Of a stretch of 64,000 nt of DNA, positions 35,176-49,375 are shown in pieces. The position numbers and the translations under genes were made by a program. Numbering within the stretch: position 1 is the stretch's first letter; each line of letters opens with the position of its first letter. This DNA comes from Octopus vulgaris. Its lineage: Eukaryota. A model generated the notes under the pieces. That model did not search any database, was not told the origin of the DNA, and saw only the letters and a list, made by a program, of their open reading frames with translations. The DNA lies in the NCBI GenBank assembly GCA_951406725.2, contig OX597814.1:87048001-87112000 (forward strand). The letters are read 5' to 3'.

Positions 35176-35559
35176 AGCAATTGTATCAACATACATACAT
35201 ACATACATATATACATACATACATACATTCATACAATCCTCTCATGTGGTCAATCTAGGTCTATAGTAGAAGACACTTACCCAAAGTGCCACACAGTAGA
35301 ACTGAACCTGGATAAATGTGATTGGAAAGCAAACTTCATGCAAATCTGTATCTCCTATTTGCACTATGTGCCATACCAGCGTAAATGACTCACCTGTACA
35401 CATCAGCCAATGTGTATGGTGTTCAACTAATTTTTCTTCTCATTTATGCTCAACCTTTCTGGTAAATTGACAGTGCAAATCCAGTGGATCGATTATTTCT
35501 CTCAACCAACCCTCCTTCATTACACTTTCATGAGGGCCCTAACAATCATTAATTATATT

Positions 35560-35900
35560 ACTTACATAGCAGAACTCATCTAAAATTTCTAGAGAGCCAT
35601 TTGGTTGCAGTCCATGCAAACTCTTTAGTCATTTGAAACATGCAATTGTGTGTCCCATTCCCAAAGAGGGCAAACTCCTCTGACTCCTTCATCTATGAAT
35701 CTATTCCTCTTACTTCCACTATCGCAAAAATGATAGGATAGTTGTTAACAATCCTCTTCTCTAAAACTTTGAGTCCTTCTTTTTCTTCAACAAATACCAT
35801 TATGTCTTCTATAGAATAGGATTTACTTGGATCCAGCTCACCAATGTCACCCACCAGTAGTTCCTAAACCTTTGGATATTTAGTGAAAACAACCATTACT
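35560..35900 (+). mobile_element. Highly decayed LINE RT fragment
   Basis: VCPIPKEG...YESIPLTSTIAKM resembles P.PK.G....YRPISLTS. Confidence 0.5.
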
Positions 35901-36843
35901 CTTGACAGATCTTAAATGGAGAGGAAGGTGAAGTGAAGTGTTTTGCTCAAAAACACAATGCACCACCCTGTCCAGGAATCAAGCCATGATCTTGTGATTG
36001 TGAGTGCAACACTCTACCATACCATGTCTGTGTATTTGAGGGAGAGAGAGAGAGAGAGCGAGTGTGTGTGTGTGTGTGTATCAGTGTAGAAGGTGGGGGG
36101 AGGGCAAAAAGGTGGTGCTTTGAACAAAAATATATTGCAGTGTTAAGTTTCACCTTGATTGCACACCTTCCTGTGTCCAGTTGACTTTGCCTTTTGCTCT
36201 CCCTCTTGGTCAACAAAATCCTTGGTAAAGTGCTTGGTCAATAGGGAATCATTTGTGTGTGATGTTGTAACTCATGGGATTATAATATGGGTTAGTGAAT
36301 CTTATTTGAAACAGAAATTGTACACTTCAAAAGTACTGTCCACTATGCCTAGTACTTCCTCTCTAGAAGGACTAGACAGAGTTAATTCCTTCTGGAATTA
36401 ACTCACTGCTTGTGCCTTTTGTGCAGTTGTTGACTTGCAACCATTTAAGTGGAATGTTATTGGTACCGGTCTCACCAATCTAAGAGGGCCTGCAAAAGCT
36501 AGGGTACTGTCCCTTCCTTGAGGCCTAGTTAATAAAAAATATAAATTTATAGCCCTTGGATGATTTGATACTAACAAATGGGATGAAGAAGATGAGATTA
36601 ACAGTTTTAAAACTCTTCACAAGTCTTAGAAGCACCTCCTCTCTCTCAGTTTGCGTAGGAATGAGGAAATTGTTAGTTTGTTCTCAGGAAAACTAATGTG
36701 AAGTTTCAGATAAATAAATAAAAATCTGCAATATATTTTCAAAAGATATAAGACAAAAAATAACATAAGCACTTAAGAGAATTGACTCGAACTGAATGTT
36801 AATGCAACATCATAGAGGGTTTTGAATTGTATTATATTTTCAG

Positions 36844-37065
36844 AAAACATTCATCCAGAAAGTTGAAAAAGATTACCTTTATATGAGTTTTGAGTATCTT
36901 CCTGAAGAATTCTCTTCCTGTAATTGCATATATTTTGTGCGTACAACAACTGGTGTTATACCAATGCCACAGACTCATGAAGAATTGGGAGAATTATCTT
37001 TTTATTTTGAGTATGGCCTTTTAAACCAACACTTGCTGATTGGTTTGGAACAAGTAGCATTACAT
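36844..37065 (+). CDS. DNAH10: DNAH10 exon 4
   Basis: ttttcag| KTFIQKVEKDYLYMSFEYLPEEF...YFVRTT...FEYGLLNQHLL...ALH|gtaagc, phase 0-0. Confidence 0.88.
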
Positions 37066-37819
37066 GTAAGCATGGAATTAAATTTTTCTTTTCTTTTTGC
37101 CAGTGAAATTTTGTATTTATTGTAAATTCTTCTTATTTCTTACTACTCTAAGGAATACCTGTGTTTGGTTAGAGAAATAAATTCTTTGTTTAGTTGAAAT
37201 TTTTGTTAGCGCAACTTTACAGTAAATTATTTCTGATATAAGGGGCAGAAGACTAAAGTTCAGAGAGAGTAAGAACAAAGATAGCACAAAGTTTAAATAA
37301 AGCATAATTTCTTGTTATAAAGAGTTTGACAATAAATGTTATTTTCAGCAAAAACAAAGTGGTTTAATTTGCATTTATCTGCTTTTACGACTTAGATGAA
37401 GAAAGACAGCAGCAATGATATTTTGTCGGTCTTCTATGACTTGTGGGTCAATATGTCACAATTTATGGGTTATCCTTGGACCAGAAGTCTGATTTGAATG
37501 TTCATAACAGAGTAGACCCTAATTAAAGGCACCCAAACATCAAATGGATCAAGTCTACTTTCTGAGAACAGCTACAAGTTCTGTAGTGTTAAAATAACAG
37601 GGTTTGGTTTAATTTTATACTATGGTAGACACATACTCAAGCCGTTATGAAGTGAGATCAAATCCAGAACCATGGGATTCTTAAACATACAGATATGCCT
37701 GCACCCATTGAAATGGTTGCAAATTCTGAGTTTGATGACAAAAGAAACAAAAGTTAGAGCTGCTTGTATTATGTCCATTGTTTAGTCTATATTTGAGGAA
37801 ACTTTCAGAGTTACTCATC

Positions 37820-38230
37820 AATCATCATTATCATTTAGCATCCGTTTTCCATGCAAGCATGGGCTAGACGGTTTGACTGGAACTGGTAAGCTGGAGAGCT
37901 GTACTAGATTCTAGTCTGATTTCGGCTAAGTTTCTACAGCCGGATGCTTTCCCAACACCAATCACTCCAAAAGAGTAGTGGGTGCCTTTTATGTGTCACC
38001 AGCATGGATGCTTTTACATGTCACCATCACAGGTGCCTTTCATGTGTCACTGTAATGGGTGCCTTTTATGTGCTACTAGCACTGTCCATGACTTATATTT
38101 CCATTTGGCCTGATGAGTCTTCTCAAACGCAGTAAACCACCAAAGGTCTTGATTATGTCATTACCTCTGTGAGACCCAACATCCAAAGATCATGCTTCCT
38201 CACCTTATTCCATGTCTTCCTGGGTCTACT
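37820..38230 (-). mobile_element. RTE 3'-end copy
   Basis: Matches the RTE 3' UTR and ORF tail. Similar copies at 18830-19000, 52227-52552 and 56210-56645 (-). Confidence 0.78.
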
Positions 38231-38233
38231 ATC

Positions 38234-38299
<66 letters not shown>

Positions 38300-40079
38300 G
38301 TAAGAAAAAGAGACTACAAAAGAATAAATGATTATCTTATGAACTTCATTAGTTTACAGCTGTTTCTGCTCTAAGATACAGTTGACTCATAGTTCAGTGC
38401 CTGAAAAACACCTTATAGCTTCATTGGAGCCTCAAATATGAAGTGCAATTTATTTGGGAAAGAATTACATTTGTGCATACATTGGAAATGGCATTATCAA
38501 TGAGAAAGCCAATACAGATATATATATCAGAATAATGGAAAATGGAGACAAACGCCTAAGATGTTATTTGAATCATTTATATCACAGTTTGTCTCCATTT
38601 TCCATTATTCTTATGTTCTCCAAAACATGTCTCACTTCTCCCCAGAATTAATTCTCACGCAAGTGCGATTACTGATTCCTAGGATACTTGTGTGACATCT
38701 GGCTACTTTGTAACTGTTCCCATAGATCTTTCCTTGTAAATTGAACATTCATATATATATAATACATCAAGTACTGGACATCACCAACGAGTGAAAAATA
38801 TGTAAACACACAAGACATAAGTACAGGACAAAATACCAAAAAATATACAATAAGAACAGGACATGGTCAGCAAGTGAAAAATGCATAAACACATGATGAG
38901 AGAGAGGTATGGGACATATATATACATACATATAGTCTGACTAAACTGGAAAATGATCATGTCCAGTATCTATAAAAGGAATAGATCAGAACTTAGTATT
39001 GATTATGTAATCGAAGTGGTCAGTTGGCAGATATCATAGATCACCAGATAACATTTTGTATGCATACATTTCCAGGCCTCACTTTATCTTTCATGCTTTT
39101 AGCATAGATAAGATAAATTATCAATCATTTATTAAGGTTGATTTAATCAATTACAACCTTCCCCTATAGAAATGACCTGGAGCTTTAAAGAGAAATCACT
39201 GTATAATATAATTTGTAAGTGTACAACAGATGTAGTGCAGTTGTAATAAATTACATTAGAAGCTTCTTCACTGCATACTTGATTGGGTCATATGCAAATG
39301 AAAAATTTTGAAACTCCCCTCTTGCTTATTCAAGTTATACTTTTCTTCACCCTCTTTATTTCATGCTACTGGCCACATAAAATACCACTTATAAATTCAT
39401 TCTCAGTCGATGCAATGCATGTTAGCATGGAAAAGATGATGTAAATGATGATGATGATTATGCTTGTAGCCATTGTAGCAATGAAGACAATGATTACTAC
39501 AATGATAATTCTCCTCTTTTTTTCTCAATCTTCTCCAAATTGCAAACATTATCCTCTCCCAATACTCATAATGTTTGATGAAACAATATATTCTTCATTA
39601 ATATGAACTTTGATAACAAAGTATTCTCTCTGCTTCAAAAGTAAGGTTAAGTCTTATATTCTGTAAAAGCTATGTTCAGAGAAATCTGTTAAATGAATTT
39701 TGGTTTTTAAAGGATATATGTGATCTATACCAAGAGAACCAACCATAAACATCAACATCATTTATTCAAATCATATATACTGTACACTTTTCTATTTCTT
39801 GAGAAGTCAGTTTTTAGTTGCTCTGCAGAAGCATTCAACAAAATATGTGGAATAAAGTTGAATGTCTTTCAGTAGAATTTCCTATGATCACTTGAGGAAT
39901 TGTAAGAAATGCATTTATTAGTTTAATCAATATTTATAATTCTGTAATTGACAATAATAAAAAGGATATTTTGTGTAAAGTGTATTTGATTAAGATGTTG
40001 TATACACACACATGTATATATATATATAGTTTTATAAAGACACATTCAATTTACTAATCTCCTTTAATCCAATTTCTAG

Positions 40080-40870
40080 GTTTACCAGCCTCTGCTGTCT
40101 TTCTTTATTCACAAAAATACTGATGTCTCTGATGAAATCATAGTTTCTGCAACTCCTCCAGAACCTACTTTTAAGTCACTCAACACTGACAACATCGATA
40201 CATCTTCCTTCTCAATTATAAAAGATGAATGTCTCATAGCTATGAAAAAATTTACTTCTAGTATTACTCGGACTATTCATCAAATTGAGGGTGAAGTACG
40301 ACTTGAAATACACGAATCATTTAATAATTATGATTTGCTTTCTGATCCCTCAGAACTACTGAAAGATGTTGAATTTTGTGAGCTATTAAGGATGACTTGT
40401 ACTGACTGGATGACACGGATCATTGAAGCACTGGAAATCCAGCTAAAGAAAGAACCACAAGGTAATGGGCCTCTGATGGAGATTGATTATTGGAAAGAAA
40501 GGAATGCTGCCTTAAGTGCACTGGTTGAGCAACTTCGTTCAGGAACAGTGCGCCAGGTCTTGGATATTTTTAATTCCATTGACAACACCTTTGAAGAAAT
40601 GCTGTTGGATTTACATAAATATCATATTGAAGCAAAGGATAATGTTCGTTTCCTATCAACCCTAGAACGTCATTTCAAAAATATTTCTCATGGTGTTAGT
40701 TTCCAGGTTGTCACAGAAACAATTCCATCCATGATGAATGCCCTGAGAATGGTGTGGATTATTTCAAGACATTACAACAAAGATGAGAGGATGGTGCCTC
40801 TGATGGAGAGAATAGCCTGGGAGTTAACTGAGAGAGTTATTCAAGTAATTAATGTCCGCAAGTTGTTTGA
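40080..40870 (+). CDS. DNAH10: DNAH10 exon 5 (start of DHC_N1)
   Basis: ttctag| VYQPLLS...PQGNGPLMEIDYWKERNAALSAL...DNVRFLSTLERHFKNI...LRMVWIISRHYNKDERMVPLMERIAWE...|gtgagt. Highly DNAH10-specific, phase 0-2. Confidence 0.96.
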
Positions 40871-42522
40871 GTGAGTTCTAATTATTACTTCATTGATAGA
40901 TCACCAGAAAAAATGCCTAGTATTTTTAATTAAAATTTTGCCAAAATTGACTTTAATCTTTTGGGGGCTGGTAAAACAAGTATCAGACAAATATTGAAGG
41001 TGATCTAAATGATTATTAACTCTCCTGCAAAAGAGAAAAAATCCACATGTACACATATGCACTCACACACACATACACCCCCCCACACACACCACACACC
41101 ACACACAGAAGCTTGATGAAACAAACAAGAGAATAAAACTCAGTACATAACAGTTTATGTATATTTTAAAATTTAACTGTAAAGTTACATAAGTGACTCA
41201 AGTGTTGCATGTTTCAAGTATTGCACTTAGCAAACTAACTTCAAATTGAATTAGACGAAATCTCAAGTTACTGGTGATAATGTAATACAGTCCATTGACT
41301 AGCTGAAGGATCTAATGATAGTCGGTACATCCCACTGGCTTACTGAAGGATATTTCTACTTGCTGTTCTCTAATGTTGTCTTGTTTATCAGTAACTGGTC
41401 TTTACAACCACGTGTGTTCTTTCTGCAACCATTCTGTTCTTCGAGTTGAAATTTTTCTGTTGAGCTTTTGATAAGTCTTAATGTGGTTGATGTAAGAGAC
41501 ATGTAGAGGTAAAACAGATATGATTAGCTTACGTAGTTTTTAGGGTCATTTGTACAGTGAAGTTACCTCCCTTCCAACCTCACCTTTCTCTCTGTATTGT
41601 GGTATATATAGGATAATTTAGTGAGCCACTATGTGGTTGCTTGATCAACAAACCACACCTTAAGCCCTTAAAAATAAGAGAAAGATAATTTTAGATAATA
41701 GTCCTTGATACATTGACTGAAATATAAATGGATAGTTATGGCTGGAACACCTTTGTTAATAGATCTAAATTATGGTGCAGTTTGATCTGTGACAACAACA
41801 TACATAAACCTCTAGACCAGTCTTTCAACTGACTACCTACTGGGTCTTGTCTTACTTAAGGTTATACAACGATATAAAGACACAATTTCTAGACATAGCT
41901 AGGTAACAATATTGAACTTCACTCACACCTAAACATGAACAACATGCAATTGGACTTATCAAAGTCACTGCAGATGTTTATGCAATTAGACTTATCAAAG
42001 TCACTGTAGATGTTTACACTTCACCATCATTTAGGAATTCTCTTGGCAAATGCAACTGAAGTAGAATAGATGTCTATGGTTATAACTATCGTTATAACCA
42101 TTCTTATTCTATAGGTGTTTCCCTGAAAGTATGTGCACTTTCTAGGAGTACTGTCTGTGACAAAAAGTGAAGACAAAATAGACAAGCAGGGAAGGTGTTA
42201 GACTACCAGTGTTTCAATCTAGATTCCAAACCTTCCACAGGTTTTTAATGAAGCATGTTACAATTCAATATTGCTTAAATTCACTTAACTAATGAGAATA
42301 GTTAATATTGAGAAATATTACTTGTAATTATGTGGATCCTTTTGTATATCATATCTACTTCATGGTGTGAAACTAGAAATAAGAAGTGTTTTTCGTTTAA
42401 AAACTTCTTTGGGTTTAGGAGACAATTTCAAAAAAAAGTAGTATTGAAAATATTTTGACCATTAAAACTCTGCAAGAGTAACCTTTAATTTATTTTCTCA
42501 AATTAAATTCATGCTCTTTTAG

Positions 42523-42721
42523 ATCCAACCTTGATGAGGTAAAGAAAAAGACTTCTGGTGCTAAAAGAATGTTAACCACTTGGAAAGAATCCTACTTTGA
42601 AAGACGTGCTAAAATTGAAGCTTCCGGGCGAGATCAGCGGTGGGAATTTGATAGGAAAAGATTGTTTGAAGCTACAGACTATATGGCCACTATAAATCAA
42701 GATCTTTATGATGTTGCTCAG
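42523..42721 (+). CDS. DNAH10: DNAH10 exon 6
   Basis: cttttag| ...WKESYFERRAKIEASGRDQRWEFDRKRLFEATDYMATINQDLYDVAQ|gtgatt, phase 2-0. Missed by the ORF track. Confidence 0.95.
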
Positions 42722-43199
42722 GTGATTTTTTTTCTATAAATAATCCTTATATGTGTAACTTGTGACATTTACTCTGCTTGTGTCCTGTTATAAGTATGGT
42801 ACATATGATGTCATGATTATATAAACGTTATAACTTTTTATTAATAGCTTTCAAAGTAATTTGTAGGTCTAACTTTATCAATTTATGTGACTTTTGTCTA
42901 TTTCTTCCTCACTCACTAATGTTTTTCTTCCAACTAGAGTTTGTTGAAGCTAAGTGATTTCTCAAATAATCAGACAGTGTACTATTTGGTGGACTCTGTA
43001 TTGGATACAATGTTTGTTAAATTATTCTTTTTATTATATGCAATAGCTGACAAGGTGCACTACTAGAAAAGATTGCTAATGCCTCCTTTAAAGCTTGGTT
43101 ATTTTCATTATGACAGAAATATCATGAAAGATGTTTAGACATATTACTTTCATTATGCTTTAAGTTTGTCATGCCCAAAGTTTGATATTATATTTTTAG

Positions 43200-43316
43200 G
43201 TCATGGAAGAGTTCTATAACATTTTTGGATCAGAACTGAAAGCTGTTACAGGAGATCCTAAGAAAATTGAAGATGTTATTCAAAGAGTTAAAGGTTTAAT
43301 TAAGCCCCTCAGTATA
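43200..43316 (+). CDS. DNAH10: DNAH10 exon 7
   Basis: ttttag| VMEEFYNIFGSELKAVTGDPKKIEDVIQRVKGLIKPLSI|gtaagt, phase 0-0. Confidence 0.95.
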
Positions 43317-45432
43317 GTAAGTGTTACCGATTAGTTTAAATATATATATTTGGTGCATGTAATATTAAAAAAGAAAAATAAAGACATCTCTCATTTTTAT
43401 TTTTCATTTATATATTTGAATTTTCTTTCTTTATGAAGCATTGTTTGTAGATCTGAAATGGTGCCACATTAATCTATTATCTAGGTAGTAACATAGTTAT
43501 CTGCACTTTACAACAAAACCAACCATAATTTACAATAAGATCTTAGTGCAGACTTCAGTATAGGATATCTTGGAAGAATTAGTGAATGAATCCATTATGT
43601 TTTTGGCAAGGTTAAAAAAGGTGAATGTGGCTAAGGCCCTGGTAATATTATAATCTTCTGGTTTCAAATGAGTAATGATAAAGAACATCAAGAAATACAA
43701 AGACACAAGTTAAAGTAGACTGCTACATTTATTTTGCTGCTAAACAAAAATACAGCAAACTAGTATACATGAATAATTCTGTTAATAAAAATACATTAGT
43801 TCCTTGTGTGGCTTGAACATAAAGGTGTACATGGGAAAAACACATAACATGGTGTCAAAAATCCCTGCTGACAATTCTCTTCTCACTGAGCATGCATAGT
43901 GAAATAAACTTGCTCTGTGCTGAAGATCTGAACTCCATCATGACAATCCACCTCACTGAAGAAAATAGTGGGAAAAGACATCCTTAAATTGCTATGGGTA
44001 GGCTCATATGGACCACATTTTTATGGTCAGGCAAGTGGTCTGATTGGATGACTTAAAGTATCCAATCAGCACCAAGCAGGTATGGTTGTGTGACTCCTTG
44101 CAGAAAACAACGATAAACTGTGAACATGCTTGCTACATGTTCATCTGAATGCCTAATGTCATGGGCATGCTCATATAAAGTTGGCTGATGTTATATAACA
44201 TCAACAACAGCAGTAGTAACAATAGACCACATCATAAGAGATGCTACTTGATAAGAAACTAATTTACGATTACCTTTTAATACTAGCCTATTGTTAAACT
44301 GGGTTTTTATTCAAGTTAGAAAATTAAATTCTACAACTATTGCCACTACTCCTCTGAATTTATTAACTATGACATTCTCAAGTAAATCTGTTCAATGTCC
44401 TCTGTCTTTCACTAACGTTATTGGCTCTTGAATCCTACACTAAACATTTAATCCTATTATTTCTTTCTATTCCCTGTCTCTCAAATGATGTTCTATTAAA
44501 TTGTGCATAATGGCAAAGTCTTCAGGAAAGTGTCAAATACCTAGTGAAAATTAGAGCTGCTGCTGCTCATCATCGTCGTCATCATCATCATCATCATCAT
44601 CGTCGTCGTCGTTTAGCATCTGTTGCCCATATATATAAACATACTCAATATGTTTATATATATAAGGTTTCAGTCAGGATAGACCATGTATTTACATCTG
44701 GAAAGTTCCTCTCCAGGGTACATAGATAAACCTGTATAATTATGAATACTGAGAACTGTGTATAATATATATGTATATGTATGAACTCATGTACATGTAA
44801 ATTATATATTAAACTAGGCATATAGCTATAAAACTGTTGTATAGAATGATACTCTTCTATCTATAGCCATACACATTACTTTTGATTGTGGACATAATCA
44901 TTTTGTTTAAACATATCTAATTTTAAAATGCTGTTGAATTAAAGAATAGATACAGAATCACAGAAGAAAGCACGTATAAACAAATCCACAAATAAAGAAT
45001 ACTCACATGCTAATCAGCAAGAAAATATGTATTTTTACATACATTCAAACTACCACATATGCATGTATCCATGTATACATATATGTATATACCCACTCTC
45101 CGAAATTGCTGGCCTTGTACCAAAATTCGAAATCAGTTTTTGATCAAGATATTCGAAGGGAAATAATTCCCATAAAATGCATGTAAGGGCGGTAACCTTC
45201 ATCAATGCGTCAAAACGAATTTTGTTCTATTTCAACTTCTCAATTTGATTTAATTTCTCCATGGAGTTTATTAACCACCACATTTCAGTTCTACTGAATA
45301 TTTTCCCTTACTGCATATATGTATATATTAATTGTCTCATTCACAAAATGTTCTCAAATAAACCATTGATTCAGCTGTGAATGTTTGATTGTAGTTACGA
45401 AGTCAAAAATCAATAATATTTCTCAGCAATTA

Positions 45433-45653
45433 AGGCAGGGAGCTGGCAGAATTGTTAGTAGGTCATACAAAATGTTTAGTAGCATTTTTTGTGGTTTTAT
45501 GTTTCGAGTTCAAATTCCACTGAGACAGGCTTTGCCTTTCGTTCTTTTGGGTCGATAAAATAAGTATGACTTGAACACTGGAGTTAATATAATCGTCTGG
45601 CACACCCACTCCCCCAAAATTTCAGGCCTTGTACATAAAGTAGAAATAATTAC
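45433..45653 (+). mobile_element. SINE family A with 13-bp TSD
   Basis: Flanked by ttctcagcaatta (45420-45432, 45654-45666). Confidence 0.88.
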
Positions 45654-46364
45654 TTCTCAGCAATTAGTAGAATAGATATAATAATCATATAGAAAAGTAT
45701 TACCTAATATCTGAATATATTTAGAAGCAGGTGATACCCAAGCACAATAATACTAAATCAAAAAGTGACCATCTGTGCATGCACTTAAGTAGTTAGAATA
45801 AAGGCTAAAGTTTCCTACCAACTACACACATTTGTCCAACAGAAAGGAAGGGTAATTTAGACTAGGCAATTCTAGATATATGGAAAAGACCAGCTGATTT
45901 TGCCTCAGGTGATCATAATCTTGCTTGATTAAGGCTGACTTGGAGCTAAACAGCAACCATATAATGTTTTTATCTATTATGTATGCATTATACAGGTACA
46001 AAATTGATTTTTCTGAACCTTTGGCTCTAAAGACTTTCTGAATTATTGATATTTTTTAAACTAGGGTTGGTCACCTCTAAATTAAACAAAAATTAAATTT
46101 ACTTAAATAATTAAATGAAATAGAAGTCACCCGAACATCAGTATAAATGATACAAGTTTTTTAATGCTATACTGTGAAGGACTAACCTATAAACTAGTCT
46201 GGGGCTGTGTGAAATTTAAGTTTCAGCTCTTAAAACAATATGGATTATGAGTGTTTCCAGACCTTCAGTGTCTGGAAAATTGATGTTCTATGTCTATTAC
46301 CTTCCTTTTACGAATGTTGCCAAACATTTTAACTGCTTGTTTTTATTAAAACCTATCATTTCAG

Positions 46365-46613
46365 GTAAGCTTTGATCCATTTTCCTTGACAAACAAATAT
46401 TTATGGAAAACACTGATGGATAATTTCCAGAAAGAAGTATTGTCAATTGAACAAGAAGCTGCTGGCTTTATTGACAAATCATTCAAAAACTTACGATCAG
46501 CAGAGGGAGCTTTTGATATGTTGCTTAAATTTCAACACATTCGTTCCAGAGAATCTATTAATAAACAACTGATGCAGAAGTTTACAGAGATCTTAGAACA
46601 GTATAAAAAAGAA
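46365..46613 (+). CDS. DNAH10: DNAH10 exon 8
   Basis: atttcag| VSFDPFSLTNKYLWK...FIDKSFKNLRSAEGAFDMLLKFQHIRSRE...QYKKE|gtaagc. 249 nt, phase 0-0. Confidence 0.95.
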
Positions 46614-47122
46614 GTAAGCATTTTATATATTCTGGAATGGTCTATAGAAATTACAGGGCTGTAACTTTGATTAACAACTGGAATATAGCAGAAGAGAGAT
46701 GTGATTTTTGTCCTATGAGAGCACTGTAGGGATTCTGAAACTTTCTCATATGATAGGAAAAATTTCATCCTCAAGTAGACAACACAAAAGATGAGATATT
46801 TGAACTGTGGTACTTGTGGTATTTGTGGCATGACTTTACTGGTATTATCATTGATGTAGCTTTAGTGATGTGCCATTTTCAGTGTAACATTAATAATTGG
46901 TTTGTTAGTTTGTTAACATATTTGTAGAGTAATATTATATAACTTTTGTTGTTGTAAATATTATCTGTTTCATATTTTTCTCATTTTTTCTATTTTTCAT
47001 TTTCTATTTTGTTTTTGCTACTTTGCTGTTCACAGGATAAAATGTGGCAAAACATTTCTAACAGAATAACAAGAAAACTTGCCATTGTCATACTCAATAT
47101 CTGTTTATACAATTAGATAATA

Positions 47123-47335
47123 TGAAAGGGTGCTGAAAAGTTCCTGACTTTAGGGTACTGTGAAAGGTCTGGTTGGAGGCCCAACCTTCCAAGTTAGTTT
47201 ACAAGATTTAGAACAACTGAACGACTGCTGCAATAAATGTGTGAATGTGAGAGGAGAATATGTTGAATAAAATCATAATTAACAGATTCTCCTGTATTTT
47301 CTTTTACCCAAAGCCAAGAAATTTTCAGCATAATG
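47123..47335 (+). mobile_element. Mariner-derived MITE, copy 2
   Basis: gtgctgaaaagttcct / aagaaattttcagca TIRs, homologous to 9408-9627. Confidence 0.82.
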
Positions 47336-47416
47336 TACTAGTTGCTTGCATAATATTTTATTCCTGTTCCTTAGACCCCTTTCTAGTTCACCTTCTCTGT
47401 TCTTTACTATGAAGCA

Positions 47417-47746
47417 ATTGGTTAGAGTGTCAGGCTCACAATCATGAGGTAGTAGTGAGTTTGATTTTTAGACCGGGCTGTGTGTTGTGTGGTCTTGAGC
47501 AAGACACTTTATTTCATGTTACTCCAGTTCATTCAGCTGTAGAAATGAGTTGCAATGTCACTGGTGCCAAGCTATACTGGTCTTTGCCTTTCCTTTGGAT
47601 AGCATTGATGACATGAAGAGGGGAGGCTGGTATGAATCAGTGACTGCTGGTCTTCCTTAAACAACCTTGCTCAGACTTGTGCCTCGGAGTGTAAATTTCT
47701 AGGTGCAGTCCCATAGTCATTCATGGCTGAAGTGGGGTCTTTACTC
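47417..47746 (+). mobile_element. SINE family C with 13-bp TSD
   Basis: tRNA-like head, tcttgagcaagacactt centre, TSD ttactatgaagca (47404-47416, 47747-47759). Confidence 0.82.
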
Positions 47747-48434
47747 TTACTATGAAGCACACTGCCTTTATTTTTTGTACAATGAACATACTTAATATTC
47801 TTAGTATTCTAATCAATAGGATAGTAGCTGTAAAAAAATCTGCACTTCCAGAGTGGTCATGTACTTCAAAGACAAATTACCTTTGTGATAGATGCTTTAG
47901 CTACCTTGCTGTTAGACAAAAGTTGTTAAGTAGAGAAAGATATGTATTTTGTAGTTCAATTTCCTCGTCTTTAGAACTCTGTTTCTCTTCTCAGAAATCA
48001 AGTTATTATATAAGATCATAGATGGAATTGTACTTCTACTTCAAGCACATGCATATAGCCAATATATCTATGTATCTTGCAGACTTGTGTTTGATGTTCT
48101 TCTATTTGTGTGGTGTGCTGTAACATATGACTATAACTAATTCCATTTGTTGACTCTTATAAGCAAGAAGTAAATGTATCTTATTTGAACAAATATCACT
48201 GACAAATTATTAGTTCATGAAGTTTGGTTAGAAGTCCTGTACATTATACACTTTGTGTATAAATACGTAATCTCTCTGATTACATATTAATTACCATAGT
48301 AAATAAGATGGATATATAAAAAATTATATTATATAGCATGGGGAAGTAGATGAAAATATATGAAATATAAATGCAGAAATATTTAAATTTAATACAAAAT
48401 CCTTTCATTATCATTTCAATGAATTTTCTTCTAG

Positions 48435-48611
48435 GTTGTATTTGTGGAAGATGAATTTATCAAAAACCGGAAAAATCCCATTCTATTCAAGATGATGCCA
48501 CCATGTGCTGGCCGCATTTACTGGGAACGATCACTATTTTATAAAATAAAACATACCATTATTTCTTTCCTTACATTTGAAGAGATGATGGGAACTGAAA
48601 CTGGTAAGAAG
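48435..48611 (+). CDS. DNAH10: DNAH10 exon 9
   Basis: ttcttctag| VVFVEDEF...PPCAGRIYWERSLFYKIKHTI...TGKK|gtaagt, phase 0-0. Confidence 0.93.
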
Positions 48612-49049
48612 GTAAGTGGTATCAAACATATTTCATCTAATTAATTTTAGAGACACAATTATTTTAATATTTACAGCTTCTTTTACCAATTTTATCATCT
48701 GTTAATTGTTGATGCTGCTGATTATCTGAGTTCTAAGTGTTTTTTCTTCTATTTTTATTACTATTCATAATGGTTTGGTTGTTGACAGCCTTGGTGGAAC
48801 TTTAACATTTAGTGAATCAACTTTATTTTTTCCCTTGTTGAATCTGAAGTAAAACCATTAGCAATGATCTTTGCAGGCTTCCAAAACAAGTGAGCTTGAT
48901 ACTGATAATGTTTTATTTAAACTGTTGCAAGTTAATACCTATAGGAAAGACGTGAGGAAAGAGAATATTCCAGATAGGCAATGTTCTGGGGTGGGGGAGT
49001 ATGAATGAGTATAATGGTAAAGGTGGGGCTGAGGGGTGTGAATGATTAA

Positions 49050-49375
49050 CAAGAGACTGAAAGACCAATGGGTCAAGTTAGCTTGAGTGGTGGGAGTGTG
49101 ACATCAATCCAAGAAACAGGCCCTTGTTGTAGCAATAGAGAAGAGAAAAAGAGGAGACAGTACACCAGTGGGACAGATGCTGGAGCATGTTCGTTAGTGA
49201 TTGGATATCATTTAGTTAAGCAGCCATTCTCTGGATGTGGTCCAGAATGCTCTGCATGCATAGCTACTGCATTGTCCCAAATGTGGGAGCAGTAGTACTT
49301 CATTGTGGGCCTCATCTAAGTCTTGAGGAGTGTTGGCAGCTTTTGAGTAGAGGGTCTGGAGAAATTACAAACAAC
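49050..49375 (-). mobile_element. Decayed L2/CR1-group LINE C-terminal fragment
   Basis: RPTMKYYCSHIWD resembles RP.MEYCSHIW. A similar remnant probably lies at ~60720-61590. Confidence 0.55.

Noticed and set aside
34926-35258. Pro/Ser-rich and Arg/Gly/Glu-rich ORFs
   Set aside because: Translation of a CCT-rich tract.
41945-42017. 36-bp tandem duplication (also short attattgatac repeats at ~51490-51535)
   Set aside because: Ordinary local slippage duplications with no sign of function.
48603-48609. Alternative donor G|GTAAGA in exon 9
   Set aside because: It would shift the frame, while the downstream AAG|gtaagt is stronger and fits homology.
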